In this document: one piece after another, positions 20,058 to 29,776 of the stretch
How positions within the stretch are numbered: the stretch's first letter is position 1
How the letters are laid out: the number at the start of each line of letters is the position of its first letter
Position numbers and translations under genes: made by a program
Assembly: GCA_963729045.1 (NCBI GenBank)
Contig: CAVSMN010000009.1
Coordinates: forward strand, 170,480 to 234,479
Length of the DNA: 64,000 nt
Direction of reading: 5' to 3'
Origin: an uncultured Nitrososphaeraceae archaeon
Lineage (GTDB): Archaea > Thermoproteota > Nitrososphaeria > Nitrososphaerales > Nitrososphaeraceae
Notes under the pieces: model-generated
Database searches by the model: none
What the model was told of the DNA's origin: nothing
Seen by the model: only the letters and a program-made list of their open reading frames with translations

Positions 20058-20639
20058 TTGTCCACTGGAAAAAAGAGAATAAAAATTGAATTAGAGGATG
20101 CTGAAGGTGGAAAATATAATTTATCTCTAGAAGGCAATTTATCAAAAGACAAAATTCAAAAGGTTCTTCAATTAGTGGAATCATTGAACATCTCAAAGGA
20201 TGATTTAGATAATAATATCCAAATTCCTATGGAACAAAATAATAGTTTACAAAAGTATGACTTAGGACTCAATCAATCTAATAACTCGATTGGATCAAAG
20301 ATATGGGCATTGATCGAAAACAACTTTGCATTTAGTTCTTTTACATCTTCAAATGTAGCCGAATCCTATGAAGAATCATACGGTGAACAGTTACAACTTA
20401 GTCTCATATCCACTTATTTATCAAGATATTTTGAAAAGCAAAAATTGGTAAGGAGTAAAAGAGGGAAAGAATGGATTTATAAGTTAATTAGAATTCAAAA
20501 AGATGTTATTTCGTCCGTTGGGACACCTACTACTTCTCAATCAAGTCGTTTAATGGATTCACATTACTCGGAAGATCAGGGTGAGAATGACTTTTTGAAG
20601 CAGAATGCTTTGACAACAGTTTACGACCTTCGACTGTGA
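20058..20639 (+). CDS. Origin-adjacent hypothetical protein with probable winged-helix domain
   Basis: Small N-terminal domain, linker, then FTSSNVAESYEESYGEQLQLSLISTYLSRYFEKQKLVRSKRGKEWIYKL, a wHTH-like helix/wing pattern. Confidence 0.75.
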   Translation: MSTGKKRIKIELEDAEGGKYNLSLEGNLSKDKIQKVLQLVESLNISKDDLDNNIQIPMEQNNSLQKYDLGLNQSNNSIGSKIWALIENNFAFSSFTSSNVAESYEESYGEQLQLSLISTYLSRYFEKQKLVRSKRGKEWIYKLIRIQKDVISSVGTPTTSQSSRLMDSHYSEDQGENDFLKQNALTTVYDLRL

Positions 20640-21253
20640 TAGTATACCTGAAGGGCTTTGTGCTCATATCTCTATCAACTAATTTCTCTTCAAATAATTT
20701 TTTCATTAATCTAGAAGTGTGTTCTCTAGTCCTACCTACTACTCTTTGAACCTCCCTAGTAGTCAGAGATTTATCCTCTAATTTTTTTAGGATGTATTCT
20801 ATTGTACTATTCTGACGGTCTTCTTCCTGATCCACCGACTTGATAGAGTCTTGTGATGTTATGTCGTGATTAGGTAGTGATGTTTCAATTTTTGGATTGC
20901 TTACGTAGTTTTGGAATGGTGATATTACAGAATTCTGTGACTTGATCTTGTTGTTGAGATATTATATTTTCATCTAATAATTTTATTAAACTTTGGATAT
21001 CGGTTAATTTTTCGTTGGTCTTATTAGTTCTGTCATATAAGACTCTAAATTGTTCAGAAATGAGATTAGTCTTATTAATTTGATCCTTTATTTGACTTTC
21101 AAGCTGAGAGATTTTTGTTTCAATATTGTATTTCTTAAATTTTTTGTTTTTTAACTGCTTGTAAATTTCTAAAGCTAGAATTGATAATGCTATAGCTGAA
21201 ACAAATGGAATTAAGGTATAATTTAATATTAGTGATGCAATATCTATGCTCAC
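20530..21253 (-). CDS. Membrane-anchored coiled-coil protein with C-terminal winged helix (one frameshift at ~20943, possibly sequencing error)
   Basis: ORFs 20885..21253 (TM + coiled coil) and 20530..20835 (LTTREVQRVVGRTREHTSRLMKKL wHTH) join: the downstream frame is open through SQNSVISPFQNYVSNPKIETSLPNHDITSQDSIKSVDQEE. Confidence 0.75.
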
Positions 21254-21333
21254 ATATAATTTAGCAATACAGTGTGATATAACTTTATTGTATGTGATAA
21301 TTTGACATTTAATATTATAAACTTAGTGATATA

Positions 21334-21699
21334 TCACATATCGATTATTCTATTAATCAAATCTTCTATTACATTTATCACATTAGTTATCTCTTTATCG
21401 TGATATTTAGCGTGATTGTCTTCAAGCATTCTAAGCTTGATTAACATGGAGTTTAAGGCGGTAATTTGATCATCTTTCATTACATTTATTAGATTTAGTA
21501 GTAGGATGGAATAGAACAATTTCCGCAGTTTTGTCTTTGATTGCTTAACTTCTCTGTAATATGCGCCTGAACTTATTTCCTTCGGCCTTTTCTCTTTTTT
21601 CTTGAAATTATAAATTATTTGTATTTGTCTGTTGGTAAATAGAGATTTTTCAATTAATTTGGAAAGAAATAAATTATTTATATCTTCTTTGTTTTCCAT
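21334..21699 (-). CDS. Hypothetical protein, possible HTH
   Basis: SLFTNRQIQII...ISSGAYYREVKQSKTKLRK resembles a sigma-region-4/Tfx-like HTH. Confidence 0.65.
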   Translation of the reverse strand: MENKEDINNLFLSKLIEKSLFTNRQIQIIYNFKKKEKRPKEISSGAYYREVKQSKTKLRKLFYSILLLNLINVMKDDQITALNSMLIKLRMLEDNHAKYHDKEITNVINVIEDLINRIIDM

Positions 21700-21702
21700 C
21701 AG

Positions 21703-21720
21703 CTATACAATATTGTATAG
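21703..21720. promoter_or_regulatory. 18-bp perfect palindrome, candidate operator
   Basis: CTATACAATATTGTATAG, immediately upstream of the 21699 start codon in the divergent promoter region. Confidence 0.55.
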
Positions 21721-21793
21721 TTAATTATACTATTTTAAATAAACTTAGCACAATCATTAAATTTAATTCAATTAGTATACGTGTAGTATTAGA

Positions 21794-22531
21794 TTGAGTC
21801 GGGTAGAGAACTATATTAATGATGAATTGAAAAAGCATAAAAAAATATGTTTTGCTTTATTAGATTCGGAGAATTTTGAAGACATTGCTGGTGTTGCGAA
21901 AAAAGTTGAATCACTTGGTGCCTCAGCTATTTTGGTGGGAGGTTCGTCTGCCATAGATCAACTGGATTTAGACAAATTAGTAATATCAATAAAGTCTATA
22001 ATATCTATTCCTGTTATTTTATTTCCAGGAAACGTTACAGGTGTATCTCCTAATGCCGACGCGATTTTATTTACCTCATTGCTAAATTCCGAGGATCCAT
22101 ATTTTATTTCAGGAGCTCAAGCACTAGGTGCATTGTTGGTAAAAAAGTATAATATTGAACCATTGCCAACAGGATATATAATAATTGGTGATAATACTAC
22201 AGCCTGGTTTATTGGGAGAGCAAAAGGTATACCTTTTGAAAAATCTAATATCGCTGTTATGTATTCATTGGCCGCACAGTATTTGGGTATGAGGTTTGTT
22301 TACCTGGAGGCTGGATCCGGTGCAAAAAAGAATGTATCTGCGGAAATGATTTCAAATGTTAGAAAGTATTATGATGGCTTATTAATTGTTGGAGGGGGCA
22401 TTAAGAATTCCTTGATAGCTAAGGAATTAGCGGAGGCAGGGGCAGATATCTTAGTTGTAGGAACATTATTAGAGCGGGATCCGGATTGGGAAAAAAAATT
22501 TAACGACATTGTTATGGCCATTCGTTCCTGA
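21794..22531 (+). CDS. Geranylgeranylglyceryl phosphate synthase (PcrB family)
   Basis: ILVGGS, PVILFPG, SLLNS, YLEAGSGA, VGGGIK and GADILVVGT motifs. Confidence 0.93.
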   Translation: MSRVENYINDELKKHKKICFALLDSENFEDIAGVAKKVESLGASAILVGGSSAIDQLDLDKLVISIKSIISIPVILFPGNVTGVSPNADAILFTSLLNSEDPYFISGAQALGALLVKKYNIEPLPTGYIIIGDNTTAWFIGRAKGIPFEKSNIAVMYSLAAQYLGMRFVYLEAGSGAKKNVSAEMISNVRKYYDGLLIVGGGIKNSLIAKELAEAGADILVVGTLLERDPDWEKKFNDIVMAIRS

Positions 22532-22551
22532 ATTAGTGCGATTGAATAATT

Positions 22552-25500
22552 ATGAATTTGATTGATGAGGCCAAAGTAAGATTAAAAAATATTTCAATTC
22601 CAAGTTACTATTTAGAGTATCAAATTGGTTTGCTGGAACAGGTAAATAAGCTTCATTTGGTAGCCGAAAAAGCAAGAAAAAAAGGTTTAGATGTTACGAC
22701 TTATGTTGAACCAAAAATTGCCTACGACTTATCTGACAGAGTTGCAAAAATGCATAATATAGATATATCAGACCGATTAAGGACATTACTAAATTATACT
22801 ACAAAAGAGAAAGCGGCTCTTAAAATAGCCGAGGAAATTGCAAAGGGGGAATATGGATCTGGAGATCTTAGGACAAGATTAGAAAATGCGGTTAGGGTAA
22901 GTTTGGCTGTGGTGACGGAAGGAGTCACTGTAGCTCCATTACAGGGTATATCTGACGTACAATTGAAAAATAATAAAGATGGTTCACAATATCTCTCCAT
23001 TTCATTTGCTGGCCCAATAAGATCTGCTGGAGGGACTGAAGCAGCACTAACTATGCTTATAGCTGATCATGTAAGGAGAGTGTCTGGACTTGCAAAGTAT
23101 CAAACAAATTCTTTTGATGATGAAACTGGCAGGTTTATAGAAGAATTAAGATTGTATGAGAGGGAAGTAGGGAACTTTCAATTTAAAGTCTTAGATAAAG
23201 ATGTCGATTTTTGCATCTCTAATTTACCAGTTGAGATCGATGGAGTAGATACAGACCCAGTTGAGTTAGTAATTCATCGGGAGATGAAGAGGATAAAAAC
23301 GGATAGAGTTAGAGGAGGAGCACTCAGGGTTATGAACGACGGTTTGATAGGTAGATGTAGAAAACTCACAAAATTGGTCGAAACACTCGAGTTAGAAGGT
23401 TGGGATTGGCTTGCAAATATGAATGGTGCAATCCAAACAGGCGATGATGATACTGTGAGTCATAGGATGTCTGAAGTAATTACAGGAAGACCCGTGTTAT
23501 CTATGAACAAGAAAATTGGTGGATTTAGGTTACGATACGGAAGGTGTTTTAATACTGGATTCGCTACGATAGGAATTCACAACACGATTCCTGTACTATT
23601 GAATTCTGCCGTAGTAGTTGGAACGCAAATTAAAATGGATGTCCCTGGAAAAGCTTCTACAATCGCCCTTGTGGACACCATTGAACCACCAATAGTAAAA
23701 TTAGATGACGGAACGGTCTTGCAGATCAATACCGTAGAACAAGCCCTAAATTTAAGATCACGAGTAGTCAAAATATTATACCTAGGAGACATTCTGATTA
23801 GTTACGGAGATTTTCTTGAGAATAATGCACAATTATTACCAGCAAGTTATGTTGAAGAAATATGGACCCAGGAATTATTTGAAAAATTGAGTCACATCAA
23901 TGAAGTCAAAAATGACTTTGTTGTTGAATATGATAAGTTAGTTAAATTGAGTTCGAATCCCTCTACAATACCCCTATTTAGAGAGGCATTGAAAATATCG
24001 ATCCAATTCGACATTCCACTACATCCTAAATATTCCTTCTACTGGGAAGCTATATCAATAAAAGATTTTTTAATAATTAGAAATGTCTTGATATCTTTTA
24101 TTTCTCTATTTAACAGAAACGGAGAGATTGAATCAACTACCGAGGAAATTAGTCTATCATATGATCATAAACTAAAAAGTATTCTAGAAAAACTAGGCGT
24201 GTTCCATCGTCTAGATACATCTAGTAATACTATAGTATTGTTAGATGGGTCTCAAATTATTGCGTTAGTGTGTTTATGTATTCCTGAATTTCAATCCATA
24301 CTCTCATTCTTATATGAAACTCGCGATAAAATCCATTTTTCAACAATTTCTAATTATATATCAAAGGATGGATTTATAGGAGATATAGGTGAAATTGTTG
24401 AAAGTTTACAGTCGGAGAAGGGTGAAGGTAAAACAACTGTCATCAAACTAATAAATTCCATTTCATCAATTAAAATACGTTCAAAATTTTCTTCTTCCAT
24501 ATCTGTTAGAGTTGGTAGACCTGAAAAAGCCTCAGAGCGTAAGATGAAACCCCCAATTCATGTTTTGTTTCCAGTAGGTAACAAAGGTGGTCCCATGAGA
24601 GACCTCCTAAAGGCTTCAAACGCAGATTCTTTTTATTCTGAAAAATCAAATCGATATTGTTATAATTGTAATATTCCATCCTTAGGTACTAACTGCAACT
24701 ATTGCAATCAAGCGACTCCTATCAAATTTATTTGCAATGTCTGTAAAGTTGAATCTCTTGATTTATCATTTGATCCTATTGATAATATAAAAAAAAGGAA
24801 CAAATGTTTAAAATGTGGTAACGAATATAAAACATTTTCTCCAATTAAGTTTCCTTTAAAGACCTTGATAGAAAAAGCCGAAACAAGGTTGAGCTTTAGG
24901 GTAACTTCTCCTTTAAAGGGAGTGAAAGCATTAATGGGGAAAGACAAGGAAGCGGAACAAATTGAGAAGGGCATTCTTAGAAAAAAATGTGGTTTATCTG
25001 TGTTTAAGGACGGTACCATAAGATTTGACGCTACGAATGAACCTCTTACTCATTTCATGCCATGTTTTATCGATACATCCATTTCAAAATTAAGAGAATT
25101 AGGGTATAAATTTGATTATCGACAGAATGAACTTGATTCTGATAGACAAATCGTAGAATTGCTGATTCAAGATGTTATAATTCCATTAGATTCTGCAAAA
25201 TATCTCTTAAAAACGGCTAAATTCATAGATGAAGAATTAGTTACCTTATATGATTTACCACCGATTTATAATGCCTATACCGAAAATGATCTGATCGGAC
25301 ATTTAATAGTGGGATTAGCTCCACATACTTCTGTCGGTATTATTGGGCGTATAATAGGTTTTACAGAATCACAAGTTTGTTTGGGTTCTCCAATATGGCA
25401 TTCCGCAAAAAGAAGAGATTGTGATGGTGATGCCGATTCAATTATCCTACTATTTGATGCATTCTTAAACTTTTCATATTCTTTCTTACCCGATAAAATA

Positions 25501-26169
25501 GGCGGATTAATGGATGCTCCATTACTAATACAACCTATTGTATTACCTCATGAGGTTCAACGACAAGCTCATAATGTTGACATTGTGGAAAAATATCCAC
25601 TAGATTTTTATAAAAATACGTGGTTGGGGGTTAAAGCAGCTGATGTTTCTGATACGATTGAAATACTAAAAAATCGAATAGGGAGTGATAAACAATTTTA
25701 TGATTATGGGTTTACCCATACTAGTAGCACTTTAATATCCAACATAAATCGAAGTGCTTATTCTACATTAAATACAATGGGCGAAAAATTAGAAATGCAA
25801 ATATCCACAGCAAATCTTATTAATTCTGTAGACACAAACGAAGTGATCTCTATGGTCTTGACGACACATATTATTCCTGATATAATGGGTAATATGCGTT
25901 CTTATTGTTCGCAGTCGTTTAGGTGCAATAAGTGCGGTGATAAGTATAGGCGAATTCCTTTGTATGGTAAATGTCTTACTTGTAATAATACTTTACTACA
26001 GACGGTTACTCGAGGTTCGGTAGAAAAATATGTTCTTTTAGCAGAAAACTTGAGTAACAGTTTTAAAGTCACTAATTATCTAAAGAGTAGAGTTGAATCA
26101 CTTATTGTGGAGCGAAATTTTGTTTTTCAATCAAAGAAAGAACAACCTACATTACTTGATTATTTATAA
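22552..26169 (+). CDS. polC: DNA polymerase D large subunit DP2
   Basis: AGPIRSAGGT, GGFRLRYGR, RVGRPEKA, FKDGTIRFD, catalytic KRRDCDGDAD and C-terminal Zn finger; no intein. Confidence 0.97.
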   Translation: MNLIDEAKVRLKNISIPSYYLEYQIGLLEQVNKLHLVAEKARKKGLDVTTYVEPKIAYDLSDRVAKMHNIDISDRLRTLLNYTTKEKAALKIAEEIAKGEYGSGDLRTRLENAVRVSLAVVTEGVTVAPLQGISDVQLKNNKDGSQYLSISFAGPIRSAGGTEAALTMLIADHVRRVSGLAKYQTNSFDDETGRFIEELRLYEREVGNFQFKVLDKDVDFCISNLPVEIDGVDTDPVELVIHREMKRIKTDRVRGGALRVMNDGLIGRCRKLTKLVETLELEGWDWLANMNGAIQTGDDDTVSHRMSEVITGRPVLSMNKKIGGFRLRYGRCFNTGFATIGIHNTIPVLLNSAVVVGTQIKMDVPGKASTIALVDTIEPPIVKLDDGTVLQINTVEQALNLRSRVVKILYLGDILISYGDFLENNAQLLPASYVEEIWTQELFEKLSHINEVKNDFVVEYDKLVKLSSNPSTIPLFREALKISIQFDIPLHPKYSFYWEAISIKDFLIIRNVLISFISLFNRNGEIESTTEEISLSYDHKLKSILEKLGVFHRLDTSSNTIVLLDGSQIIALVCLCIPEFQSILSFLYETRDKIHFSTISNYISKDGFIGDIGEIVESLQSEKGEGKTTVIKLINSISSIKIRSKFSSSISVRVGRPEKASERKMKPPIHVLFPVGNKGGPMRDLLKASNADSFYSEKSNRYCYNCNIPSLGTNCNYCNQATPIKFICNVCKVESLDLSFDPIDNIKKRNKCLKCGNEYKTFSPIKFPLKTLIEKAETRLSFRVTSPLKGVKALMGKDKEAEQIEKGILRKKCGLSVFKDGTIRFDATNEPLTHFMPCFIDTSISKLRELGYKFDYRQNELDSDRQIVELLIQDVIIPLDSAKYLLKTAKFIDEELVTLYDLPPIYNAYTENDLIGHLIVGLAPHTSVGIIGRIIGFTESQVCLGSPIWHSAKRRDCDGDADSIILLFDAFLNFSYSFLPDKIGGLMDAPLLIQPIVLPHEVQRQAHNVDIVEKYPLDFYKNTWLGVKAADVSDTIEILKNRIGSDKQFYDYGFTHTSSTLISNINRSAYSTLNTMGEKLEMQISTANLINSVDTNEVISMVLTTHIIPDIMGNMRSYCSQSFRCNKCGDKYRRIPLYGKCLTCNNTLLQTVTRGSVEKYVLLAENLSNSFKVTNYLKSRVESLIVERNFVFQSKKEQPTLLDYL

Positions 26170-26190
26170 AATCATGTGATTTTTGGTTTA

Positions 26191-27810
26191 TTAGTTTGCA
26201 AAATTTATTTGATATGGTCTTAAAGTGGCCAAATTAACTACAATTGCTATACCAGGGGTAGGAGTAATTCCCATAGCGCGCTGAAAGGGTGTTTGGGTTT
26301 GCCATGCGCCAGAATTCACTACCAAAGTTCCCTTATAGCTATCCACATCAATTACATGTACATGACCAGAATGGAAAATATCCGGAACGTCTTCAATAAC
26401 CATCATATCCTCTAATTCTGGAGCAATAGGTGTTCTTTGACCGTATATAGGTGAGAGATGTCTTGATTTAAGTAAAATCTTCATCGCCTCTGCTGGTTTA
26501 GAATAACTTAAACCAGGAATTGTAGCAATCGTATCGTCCAAGCTTTGACCATGAAACATTAATGTTTTTACTCCGTCCATATTGATCATGCAGGGATTTC
26601 CTAGCATAGTGATATTGCTTAAAGAGTAAATCTTATCAGCATATTTCCTTGGTATTGCTGGCTGGGGCAATGCTCGTCTTCCCAGGTCGTGATTTCCTGG
26701 AATCATAAAAACCTTAATGTGCTTAGGAATCTTCGCCAACAAATTTGTAGCATGCTCCATCTGGGAAAATGAATCCTTTTCAAATAATTCTCTGTCTTGA
26801 TGTGGAAATATCCCTATTCCATCAATTAGATCCCCACAAATACAAATATACTTTATTTTAGAAACAATATCTTTATTCTCTTCTTTTCCATTTAACCAAT
26901 TCAAAAACATTTGAAATTCATCTTCCATGAAGAATTTACTACCTATGTGCAAATCAGATATTAACACGCTATATACCTCAGAATGAGATCTGTTTGGAAT
27001 TCTGTCTGGTACATCTAATGAGAATATTTTTTTTATTATGTGGTTCTTTCTTTTTGAATTATTCTCAAGTTCTACCATTACCATTTGATCCAAAATTAAT
27101 GATGAAATCTGTTTTTTTAAATCTTCATCGTATGCAAATGCCTCTAATAATCCACTCTGATCATCAATAGTTAAATTATAACTATTCTTTTTGATCTTCT
27201 TTTCCATAATTAATCCTGCTATGAATAAAGATTCTTCCAAATTCTCCTTAGACTGTGACTTTGGATTTAACCTTGATTGGTTAAGAAATTGTTTAATGAA
27301 CGCTATTTTTTTTATTCTTTTACTGTCTGGTCTATTGGATAAAATTTTTAAGGATTTATCAAATCGGCTTCTAAACAGTGATGTATACCCTTCAACCCCT
27401 TCACCACTATTAATACTATTATTGGAATCATAAATTATGTTGTTAACATAATAGTTATTCTCCAAATCATCAGAATCGCGAGTTACCAATTCTAAAATAG
27501 TCTCTTCATTATTTTTTTTAATATCCATGATTTCCGAATGATCTAGCTTGTTAACGATAGTAGTACCATTATTAGCATTATCATTTACAATCAGTGAACT
27601 ATTTGTTGAAAACTTTAAAATACTCTTTATATCGTCGGATAAAATAACCTTAGACCCGTCTCTCTCTCTTTTGATCATAAGAATCTCTTCAACTATTTGA
27701 TACACATCTACCTGTAGATTCTCAATTAACACTAAAGCATCGGGATGAATCTGAAATCCTTTGCTGGTTATAAAGGAAATTATTTTTAAGAGATTGGAAT
27801 TATCGGTCAA
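26191..27810 (-). CDS. polB: DNA polymerase D small subunit DP1 (proofreading exonuclease)
   Basis: Calcineurin-like motifs SDLHIGS, GDLIDG, PGNHD, FHG, HSGHVH and NSGAWQTQT. Confidence 0.95.
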   Translation of the reverse strand: MTDNSNLLKIISFITSKGFQIHPDALVLIENLQVDVYQIVEEILMIKRERDGSKVILSDDIKSILKFSTNSSLIVNDNANNGTTIVNKLDHSEIMDIKKNNEETILELVTRDSDDLENNYYVNNIIYDSNNSINSGEGVEGYTSLFRSRFDKSLKILSNRPDSKRIKKIAFIKQFLNQSRLNPKSQSKENLEESLFIAGLIMEKKIKKNSYNLTIDDQSGLLEAFAYDEDLKKQISSLILDQMVMVELENNSKRKNHIIKKIFSLDVPDRIPNRSHSEVYSVLISDLHIGSKFFMEDEFQMFLNWLNGKEENKDIVSKIKYICICGDLIDGIGIFPHQDRELFEKDSFSQMEHATNLLAKIPKHIKVFMIPGNHDLGRRALPQPAIPRKYADKIYSLSNITMLGNPCMINMDGVKTLMFHGQSLDDTIATIPGLSYSKPAEAMKILLKSRHLSPIYGQRTPIAPELEDMMVIEDVPDIFHSGHVHVIDVDSYKGTLVVNSGAWQTQTPFQRAMGITPTPGIAIVVNLATLRPYQINFAN

Positions 27811-27895
27811 TAATCAAATTAACTAGTTGATGATATTCTTTAAGTCTTTTTATATAAATAATAAAGTATTATAATTGATAAAAAAAGTATTATAG

Positions 27896-28423
27896 TTGGT
27901 TATGCTTATTACATTTAAAAAGAGACTGGTGTTTTTCTTTATTGCCATGTTATTTTTCTTGGGTATTTTTTATCTTGGATTTTCCTTTAGAATGGATGAA
28001 TCATTTTCTAAGGAGTTATCAAAAAACTTTATTAATCAGATAACTGACATAGACGAATTTGGTATATTCTTAAATAACCTAAAAATAGCATTAGTGATGT
28101 TTATTCCAGTCATAGGCCTTATAATGGGAACTATTTCTGGATTTTCTACCGGTTTAGTGTTTAATTCAATAATGAACCTATCAGATGTTACGTATTCTAA
28201 TCCCTTGGTCATTTTCTTGACACCATTTGGAATCCTAGAGCTAGCCGCGTATGGACTAGCAATTTCTCGAAGCTGTATTTTATTTTTTGAAATACTAAAG
28301 AAGAAATTTACAAAAAAATCTTTATTTTATCTGCTAATCGAAGTAGCATTAGTTTCTGGAATGCTTTTTGTCGGGGCAATAATAGAATGGATGATGATTG
28401 AAAATATTCCAAAAAGATTATAA
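27896..28423 (+). CDS. SpoIIM-like (DUF95) membrane protein
   Basis: IFLNN, PFGILEL and GAIIE motifs in a polytopic protein. Confidence 0.75.
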   Translation: MVMLITFKKRLVFFFIAMLFFLGIFYLGFSFRMDESFSKELSKNFINQITDIDEFGIFLNNLKIALVMFIPVIGLIMGTISGFSTGLVFNSIMNLSDVTYSNPLVIFLTPFGILELAAYGLAISRSCILFFEILKKKFTKKSLFYLLIEVALVSGMLFVGAIIEWMMIENIPKRL

Positions 28424-28529
28424 TCATCTGTCATTCGTGCATGGCTTTTGGATTATTTTATATCATTGTTATAAAATGCCATAGTGTTTAAATAGTTTTA
28501 ATGAAGATTTACCTACAGTGAATTATTAG

Positions 28530-28823
28530 ATGCCAGTAGCAATACTTCCAGATGTTAGTGAACAGCATTGTATTGGGTGTGCTTTATGTGTAGAAATTTG
28601 TACAGCTCTTGGTCCAGATGTATTAAGAGTAAAACCTGTGGAAGGTTGGAAAAGAGGTAAAGCATTTGTCTTTTATCCAGAACGATGTATCTCTGATGGT
28701 GCTTGTATTGGCGTTTGTCCAACAAAAGCAATTTTCTGGATGAGACCAATGGATTATACACCAGGACAACCAATTCCATTAAAGAAAAACGCCATATTTA
28801 CGAAAGGCTGGGAAGAGGGCTAA
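28530..28823 (+). CDS. Dicluster [4Fe-4S] ferredoxin
   Basis: CIGCALCVEIC and CISDGACIGVCP motifs (second cluster has Asp in place of one Cys). Confidence 0.92.
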   Translation: MPVAILPDVSEQHCIGCALCVEICTALGPDVLRVKPVEGWKRGKAFVFYPERCISDGACIGVCPTKAIFWMRPMDYTPGQPIPLKKNAIFTKGWEEG

Positions 28824-28974
28824 CTCTCCACCAATTTTTATTTTTTCTCTAAATTTTAGAATTCAGTAACCATTACAAAGCTGATAAGATTTACATTTAG
28901 TGTATTAATATTCTAATATAGTTTTCTCTAATAATTAGTACTTAAATATCCAATAGAATTACTAAAATGGCTAA

Positions 28975-29697
28975 TTGACAAAAAAATTGTATGTTATAGG
29001 CGTAGGTCCAGGATCAAAAAAATATCTGACGGATTTTTCAAAAGAAATTATCAAACAATCTCGTTTTATTATAGGATATAAATATACTCTAAATACGATA
29101 GATCACCTACTTGATAGATCATTTAATCAAGTATTTGAAATAACCATGAAAAATCAAGAGGAGATTTATTTGAATGTATATAATAATTTAATGAGAGAAA
29201 ATGATATATGCACTGTTCCATTTACAGGAGATGTAAATTTCTCAGAATCAGAAGTTGTGGACCGGCTTTTATACCTGTTCGGTGATGAAAATGTCTGCAT
29301 TGTCCCTGGCATCAGTTCTATACAAATAGCAGCTGCAAAGTCTAGAGTTCCATTGGATAAATCTACCATCATGACTTTTCATGTCACCGGTGAGATTGAA
29401 GAAAAAAAAATAGAACTGGTTAAATCAATTGTTGATAAGAAAAGTGTAATATTAGTGCCAAGACCATGGCCGTCGGACCCATCAAAAAACTTTATGCCCT
29501 CTGAAATTTCATTATTTATCAAAGAAAAAGGACTGGACACTTCAAAAATTGATGTTTGGGTATTTGAAAATTTGACAAATGAAGAAAAGGAAACAACTTT
29601 TACTGGAAAAATGAGTTCGCTAGAAAATAAAGACTTTAGCGATTTATCAGTAATGGTTATAGATCAAAACAAACGACAAACTTACTTGGAGTTCTAA
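28975..29697 (+). CDS. cbiE: Cobalt-precorrin-7 C5-methyltransferase (cobalamin synthesis)
   Basis: VIGVGPG, TGDVNFS, PGISSIQIAAA, FENLT..E and FSDLSVMVI tetrapyrrole methylase motifs. Confidence 0.85.
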   Translation: MTKKLYVIGVGPGSKKYLTDFSKEIIKQSRFIIGYKYTLNTIDHLLDRSFNQVFEITMKNQEEIYLNVYNNLMRENDICTVPFTGDVNFSESEVVDRLLYLFGDENVCIVPGISSIQIAAAKSRVPLDKSTIMTFHVTGEIEEKKIELVKSIVDKKSVILVPRPWPSDPSKNFMPSEISLFIKEKGLDTSKIDVWVFENLTNEEKETTFTGKMSSLENKDFSDLSVMVIDQNKRQTYLEF

Positions 29698-29776
29698 ATT
29701 TATTCTTTCCCTATTTGTATTATTTAAGTTTTGAATGTAAATAAAATATATTACAATTAACTTTGTATAATGTTGA

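Noticed and set aside
25400..25440. Intein at the DP2 catalytic site
   Set aside because: KRRDCDGDAD is uninterrupted and no splice-junction or LAGLIDADG motifs are visible.
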